Assembly (NCBI GenBank): GCA_963677485.1
Contig: OY781964.1
Span: forward strand, 768,001-832,000
Direction: 5' to 3'
Source of the DNA: Armatimonadota bacterium
GTDB lineage: Bacteria; Armatimonadota; HRBIN16
DNA length: 64,000 bases
Within the stretch, counting starts at the first letter, position 1. Each line of letters opens with the position of its first letter. The notes beneath the pieces are model-generated. The model had not been told where the DNA came from. It did no database searches and saw only the letters and a program-made list of their open reading frames with translations. The position numbers and the translations under genes are program-made. Shown piece by piece: positions 58,911-64,000 of this stretch.

Positions 58911-60317
58911 CTACAGAAGCAGGCTCATCGGGCTTTCAAGAAGCTCTTTCACTCGCTTCAGGAACTGCGCTGCGGGGGCACCGTCCACGATGCGGTGATC
59001 GAAGGTCAGGCAGAGGTTCATCATCTTGCGGATGACGATCTCGCCGTCCTTAGCTACCACCTTATCGGCGATGCGGCAGACGCCCAGAATACCAGCCTGA
59101 CCGGGGATCAGGATCGGGGTGAAGTAGTCCACACCGAAGTTGCCCAGGTTGGTGATGGTAAAGGTGCCGCCGGTCAGCTCATCCAGGCTGGCTTTGCCAG
59201 CCTTAGTGCGGTCAACCAGCTCACGCAGTGACTTGCACATCTGGCCAAGGCTCATGTCGTTGCAGCCCAAAATGGCGGGTGCCATCAGGATGTCGCCCAT
59301 CGCCACAGCCACGCCCACATTGATCTGCTTCTTCAATGTCAGCTCATCGCCATTCAGCGTGGAGTTGAGTTCTGGGAACTCCTTCAGCGCGATGGTGATG
59401 GCCTTCACGATGAAGTCTGTGAAGGTGGTGCGGTAGCCGTAGATGCGCTCCACTTCTGGGATGATCATCTTGCGGAAGTCGGCGGCAGCGGTCATATCCA
59501 CTTCCATCACTTCCGTGACGGGCGGAGCGCTGATGAAGCCCTTCGCGACTGCATCGGCGATACGCTTGCGCATGTTGCTGAACTTGATCACCTGGTCGCC
59601 AGTAGCGGTTGCGGGCACTGGGGCTGAAGCTGCTGCCGGGGCCGCGACAGGAGCTGCAGGTGCGGGTGCAGGGGTTGTGACTAGCTTCACGTCGTCAGAG
59701 GTGATCTTACCACCAACACCGGTGCCAGCCAGACTGCCAAGGTCCAGGCCAGCGGCTGCGGCCATCTTCTCGGCAAGCGGAGTAGCTTTGGGCTTAGCTG
59801 TCTGAGCTTGCTCCCAGACACGCTGCACGTCACGCTCGATCACGCGTCCGCCAGGGCCGGTGCCTTGGCCAACGAGCTCGCTGATCGCAACACCCTTCTG
59901 GTCGGCCAGACGGCGGGCTCGCGGGCTGACGACCGTCTTGACATCGCTTGTGGCGACAGCGGCGGCTACGGGAGCCTCCACTGCGGCAGCAACAGATGCC
60001 TCAACAGGAGCAGCTTCAGCGGCTGGTGCGGCTGGAGCAGCTCCGCCAGCCTCGGCCAGCAGTGCGCTGATATCATCACCAGGATTGCCAATAATTGCTA
60101 TGGGGTTCTGTACGGGGACATACTCGTTCTCAGCTACCAGAAGTGCCAGAACGGTTCCGGCGAGGGTGCTCTCTACATCAAGGTTAGCCTTATCGGTCAT
60201 AACCTCGCAGATCACCTCACCTACGGATATCGTCTCTCCCACCTGTTTTTTCCATGTTGTGATTTGGCCCTCTTCCATGGAATTACCAAGCACTGGGAGT
60301 TTAAAGATCTCAGCCAT
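58911..60317 (-). CDS. Dihydrolipoamide acyltransferase (E2 of a 2-oxoacid/acetoin dehydrogenase)
   Basis: Lipoyl 'TDKA', two peripheral subunit-binding domains, 'GGTFTITNLG', 'DHRIVDG'. Confidence 0.93.
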   Translation of the reverse strand: MAEIFKLPVLGNSMEEGQITTWKKQVGETISVGEVICEVMTDKANLDVESTLAGTVLALLVAENEYVPVQNPIAIIGNPGDDISALLAEAGGAAPAAPAAEAAPVEASVAAAVEAPVAAAVATSDVKTVVSPRARRLADQKGVAISELVGQGTGPGGRVIERDVQRVWEQAQTAKPKATPLAEKMAAAAGLDLGSLAGTGVGGKITSDDVKLVTTPAPAPAAPVAAPAAASAPVPATATGDQVIKFSNMRKRIADAVAKGFISAPPVTEVMEVDMTAAADFRKMIIPEVERIYGYRTTFTDFIVKAITIALKEFPELNSTLNGDELTLKKQINVGVAVAMGDILMAPAILGCNDMSLGQMCKSLRELVDRTKAGKASLDELTGGTFTITNLGNFGVDYFTPILIPGQAGILGVCRIADKVVAKDGEIVIRKMMNLCLTFDHRIVDGAPAAQFLKRVKELLESPMSLLL

Positions 60318-60570
60318 GATTTGCCTCCTATAGCAGGCATGCCGCCTGCATCGCGTCTCTACCCATCACGAACTTTGGTTATTGCGGGTATGAGGACGAA
60401 GATATCGGCCTGGATTGCTGTATGGTACAGTTCTGTAAGGCCAATAGTATACTACCTCAAGCGGGCTCAGGCTGTCGAATGGAGAGGGTTGGTTTGACGG
60501 GGTTATGGAGATGTTAGGGGGTTGTGATTGCGAGTAATGTTTAGGTGAAATTATCAGCATTGAATGGCAC

Positions 60571-60642
60571 TGTCCGGGGCGGTCTGTCAATAAGCTAGCG
60601 ATTACAGAAGGCTGTAGACCGCGCCGGTCTGGCGGTTAGCCA
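60571..60642. repeat. Half copy of the 55923-56082 foldback element
   Basis: TGTCCGGGGCGGTCTGT...AGACCGCGCCGGTCTGGCGGTTAGCCA closely matches the reverse complement of that element's right arm. Confidence 0.7.
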
Positions 60643-61055
60643 AACCCGTCGCATCGGGATGGACGGTGTATACCGCTGGCTACCAGTCACCGCTGCCACG
60701 GGTTTAGTCACCCCACGTGACTGGCGTCCCGAGCGGGGTTCCCTCACCGCGCGGCTAACTAACTGCAGCCCGCAAGCGGGCGCAGGGGGCGTCCGGGATG
60801 CGTCCGCTTCAGCGGACAGCCAGCTAATTAGCGATGGGTGACGAGGCCTGCTTTAGCAGGTTGATGGAACCCGTCGCTGATGGCTACATTGTTACTCCAT
60901 TCAAAGTAATATTGCCGATAAACAGCAAAATAATTGCCGCTATATTGCCGATAAAATGACATACATGGCCCTCAAGCTAGCCGATGCAAACGAAAACGAG
61001 GTAATATGCACTAATGCAAATGCCGTCTATGTGACATTCAGGGAGAGCCAGACCA

Positions 61056-62066
61056 ATGACCATCGAAATACGGAACCGGCAAGGCGTGATCATCATCTCA
61101 GGTGAGTATGACTGCATCAAGTCAGCGGCAGAAGCACACAAACGCGAGCTTATGCACGCCAACCTGAGCAACTGCGATCTCAGCAACGCCCGGTTAAGCG
61201 GAGCGAAATTGACGAATGCCGATTTGAGTGGAACTGACCTGACAGGTGCCTACCTGCAGTATGCCTCACTTGAAGGTGCTTATCTTCCTGAAGCTTTCCT
61301 TGAATATGCGTGCCTGAGCCTCGCAGACTTGGACAATGCTAACCTCAGCGGTGCGGACCTGAGTAATGTGTGCCTCTCAGATTCGAAACTACCATATGCA
61401 AACATGAGCGGAGCACTACTGCATAACTGTGACCTAAGCCGTTGTGATTTGCGTGGCTGCAACTTTTCTGGTGCCGATCTAAGCTGTGCACATTTTACGC
61501 AATGTAACTTAACAGGCGCAGACCTCACTAACACGAATATGAATGGTGCTAACCTAACATGGGCAAACCTGTATAAAGCGAACCTGCAGGGTGCTGACCT
61601 AACCGATGCGGTGATGACTGAAGCGATCATGCATGTTCCCGACCCCGATAGCGTGCGAAGCCTGTTGAGAGAAGCCTTCAACTACCAGAGCACAGCAGGC
61701 ATGACGCATGAGGAATATGTGGAGCAGAGACAACATCTACCGTTGTTGTTTCCAGAGGAGATGCAGTCGATGCTTCCGTTTGTGCTAGAGGAGATAGTTG
61801 ACACCCATACCGGCCACTACGCAGATAACGACAACACCGAGTATGTTCTGATGAGGCTCAGTGTTAATGACCCTAAAGATACCGATTGGGACCGCGAATT
61901 TGACCGTGAACAGTTTAATCTGTTCACACCCACTCAAAGCAGGGCGGTGTACCAATGGCTGATGCTGGCGATCTCTTGGCAAGACTATGCAGAATGGCGT
62001 AAATATCTCGAGCAGGCCATCGTCTACTGGCGGGAACGGGCAGCACTTCCAGATCAGCACGAATAA
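61056..62066 (+). CDS. Pentapeptide-repeat protein with an unrelated helical C-terminal domain
   Basis: Long A(N/D)LS-type pentapeptide run, then a ~140-aa acidic domain. Confidence 0.85.
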   Translation: MTIEIRNRQGVIIISGEYDCIKSAAEAHKRELMHANLSNCDLSNARLSGAKLTNADLSGTDLTGAYLQYASLEGAYLPEAFLEYACLSLADLDNANLSGADLSNVCLSDSKLPYANMSGALLHNCDLSRCDLRGCNFSGADLSCAHFTQCNLTGADLTNTNMNGANLTWANLYKANLQGADLTDAVMTEAIMHVPDPDSVRSLLREAFNYQSTAGMTHEEYVEQRQHLPLLFPEEMQSMLPFVLEEIVDTHTGHYADNDNTEYVLMRLSVNDPKDTDWDREFDREQFNLFTPTQSRAVYQWLMLAISWQDYAEWRKYLEQAIVYWRERAALPDQHE

Positions 62067-62093
62067 CGAGCCCAGAGCCGGGATATAGAGCAT

Positions 62094-62154
62094 ATTAGCC
62101 GAATTAGCGCGAATTCCGCTAACATACTAGCCGATTTCGCGTGAATTCGGCTAA
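62094..62154. promoter_or_regulatory. Nested inverted repeats upstream of the ATPase gene
   Basis: ATTAGCCGAATT...AATTCGGCTAAT with internal TAGCCG/CGCTAA repeats; TACAAT -10 just before the ATG. Confidence 0.45.
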
Positions 62155-62174
62155 TAGCTGTATACAATATAGAT

Positions 62175-62340
62175 ATGAACATTCCGCGAACCATCCAAAC
62201 TGACATCACCAAACGGCTGACGGAGAGCAACAAGGTTGTGATTCTCTACGGCCCCCGCCAGGTCGGTAAGACCACATTGGCGAAAAGCATCATATCTGAC
62301 TGGCCGGGTAGAGTGCTTCAGATCAGCGCCGACGAAGCCG
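62175..62340 (+). pseudogene. AAA_14/DUF4143-type ATPase truncated by IS21 insertion
   Basis: 'MNIPRTI...KVVILYGPRQVGKTTL'; similarity breaks at TGTCAATAG (62341). Confidence 0.8.
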
Positions 62341-62442
62341 TGTCAATAGTCACCTTATTACTACCACCCATGTTCGGCATATGTATACCACTTGACTAGT
62401 TCGTGTTCATTGCCCAATGTAAGTGTTGGATGCGTCGGTATC

Positions 62443-63210
62443 TCACTCTACGGATGCATTATCCGGCTTGCTTACCTCCCCTCTGCGCTGCCTTTGGCGA
62501 TAGCTCTCACCGGTGACAACAGTCACCCGGGCATGGTGAGTCAATCTGTCCATAGCAGCTGAAGCGAGAAGAGAGTCGCCAAACATCTCCGGCCATTCGG
62601 AGGGAGCCCGATTAGATGTCAATACAATACTGCCCTTCTCGTATCTCTGGTGGATGATCTCGTAGAGGTCTTCCGCTCCCTGAATTGTGATGGGGCGAAG
62701 ACCAAAGTCGTCGAGTATCAGGAGGTCAACGTTGACCAATTTCTTAATCAACCGCGTATAAGCATCGTCTGCCCTGGCCGCAAACATCTCCTGTTGCAAC
62801 TTGTGGACAGAACTGTTATAAACACTGTAGCTTCGCTTAATGGCCTCATAACCTATGGCGGTGGCTAGATGTGTCTTGCCCACACCAGTGGGACCACACA
62901 CCAGCCAGTTGGCATGTTGAGCGATTAACTGGCAGGTCGCCATCTCCCTTACCAGCGAACGATCAAGGGTAGGTACAGCGTTGAAGTCGAAGTGGGACAG
63001 CAGTTTCGTGTTCTCGAAACAGGCCGCCTTCTCCATCTTTACCTGTTTAGTTTGGCTGCGTCGCTCAAGCTCATCATCTACTAATAACGCAAGGAACTCC
63101 GTTGGTGAGAGCTTTTGCTCACGGGCTAGCTCCGCTCTCTCTTCGAGGCTATCAACCATGCCAGACCATCTGAGTTGCCTGAGCTTGGGTAGCAGTGTGT
63201 GAGTTAACAC
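62443..63210 (-). CDS. istB: IS21 helper ATPase
   Basis: 'FDF', 'GPTGVGKTHLA', 'LLILDDFG', 'TSNR', 'W', 'DRLTH', 'GESYR'. Confidence 0.95.
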   Translation of the reverse strand: MLTHTLLPKLRQLRWSGMVDSLEERAELAREQKLSPTEFLALLVDDELERRSQTKQVKMEKAACFENTKLLSHFDFNAVPTLDRSLVREMATCQLIAQHANWLVCGPTGVGKTHLATAIGYEAIKRSYSVYNSSVHKLQQEMFAARADDAYTRLIKKLVNVDLLILDDFGLRPITIQGAEDLYEIIHQRYEKGSIVLTSNRAPSEWPEMFGDSLLASAAMDRLTHHARVTVVTGESYRQRQRRGEVSKPDNASVE

Positions 63211-64000
63211 GCTTCTACCTCCATATTGGTGTCAGCATTACTGACCAAAATGAATTCGTCGGCACTACGAGCGAAGAGGTAGTCTTTTTTAGGGGGAAGA
63301 GAAGATGTTATTCCCATTGGCTCGTGATCTGTACCGGCCCTCAGTATCTTAGCAATGCGTTGGTAACTACCATCTTGGTAATAGAGAGAGCGTGCGCAGG
63401 CCGCTTCCAGGCGACTACTGCTGTACGTTTGAACTAGCCGGACGATCCTCTTCACGGATTGTCTTCGGTCTACAGGCCTGTCAGCCAGCAAAGCATTAAG
63501 CACCGTAACACAACTGGGGCCGATGTCATGCCCTAATTCCAGGCAATTCTCGATTGAAAGAACCATATAGGCCACTTTATGTGTTGGGTAATCAGTCATG
63601 CGGGTAATGCGCTGCCCTTGTTGTGTCGCTCTTTGATGTGTTCCAACTAGTTTATGGTCGTTATCATATATCTGCACCACTCGTTCGTGCAGATGCACGT
63701 CCATTTGGCTGCCTATGTAGCTGTAGGGCACGGAATAGTAAGAACCATACACTGTAACATGACAGTCCCGATGGACTTTCGCACTACGAACTTCAATGAG
63801 ATCAAATTCCGTGTCTGGTAATGACTTAAGCGTGCTCTTCTCTACCTGATTGAACTGCGCCAATGGCTGTTTATGTGTGGTTCCATGGTTACGCAGACCT
63901 GCCTCTTGGGTGATCCAGGTCTTCACAAGCAGGTTCGCTTCGTCGATATCCATGAACTCCCGGCCTGCAATGAAGTTTCGCTGCACGTAATGAACCCCGT
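63204..64000 (-). CDS. istA: IS21 transposase, C-terminal part
   Basis: 'RNHGTTHKQP..F..E..L..LP', 'VHRDCHV..YYSVPY', 'RLEAAC'. Confidence 0.92.
   Translation of the reverse strand, partial: GVHYVQRNFIAGREFMDIDEANLLVKTWITQEAGLRNHGTTHKQPLAQFNQVEKSTLKSLPDTEFDLIEVRSAKVHRDCHVTVYGSYYSVPYSYIGSQMDVHLHERVVQIYDNDHKLVGTHQRATQQGQRITRMTDYPTHKVAYMVLSIENCLELGHDIGPSCVTVLNALLADRPVDRRQSVKRIVRLVQTYSSSRLEAACARSLYYQDGSYQRIAKILRAGTDHEPMGITSSLPPKKDYLFARSADEFILVSNADTNMEVEAC

Larger units (their letters stand above)
62341..64000 (-). mobile_element. IS21-family element (partial, runs off the window)
   Basis: Terminal TGTCAA at 62341; overlapping istA and istB ORFs. Confidence 0.9.

Noticed and set aside
60909-60955. 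ATATTGCCGATAAA direct repeats as iterons or operator
   Set aside because: Only 2-3 imperfect copies with no associated rep or regulator gene; no function can be supported.
61056-62066. Qnr quinolone-resistance gene
   Set aside because: A generic pentapeptide repeat with extra domains; there is no specific evidence for the Qnr family.
1-64000. tRNA, rRNA, prophage or cas genes
   Set aside because: None recognised by eye; covariance-model scans were not possible.

Overview
Bacterial chromosomal window of mixed housekeeping and accessory genes. The many secreted glycoside hydrolases and GTAG-type REP repeats suggest an Armatimonadota-like environmental organism (inference only). Housekeeping genes: argD, rpsT, holA, PBP1A/mrdA, purB, purL, pckA, prmC, tsaC, hemACD, a steA/steB-type cluster, a U32 protein and a 2-oxoacid dehydrogenase E2. 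Accessory genes: several galactosidase-like GHs, an ABC-ATPase plus TOPRIM-like pair, a BRCT protein, an AbiE-like type IV TA pair, and an IS21 element truncating an AAA ATPase. Most notable: (1) a group II intron (58775->56378, minus strand) with an almost fully deleted RT, inserted exactly at the end of a REP hairpin. Its domain IV holds a 1.65-kb element with CTA at both junctions and a left-end hairpin, encoding a ~506-aa protein with a rolling-circle Rep-like motif and a C-terminal wHTH. (2) A coupled rsmI / divergent TGT / 16S m7G1405 (Rmt/ArmA-type) methyltransferase operon. (3) An easily missed Cys-rich ORF ending in a beta-clamp-like motif (QGSLF) between prmC and tsaC. (4) Several families of REP/REPIN-like and non-palindromic intergenic repeats. 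All calls come from reading motifs by eye; no database searches were run.
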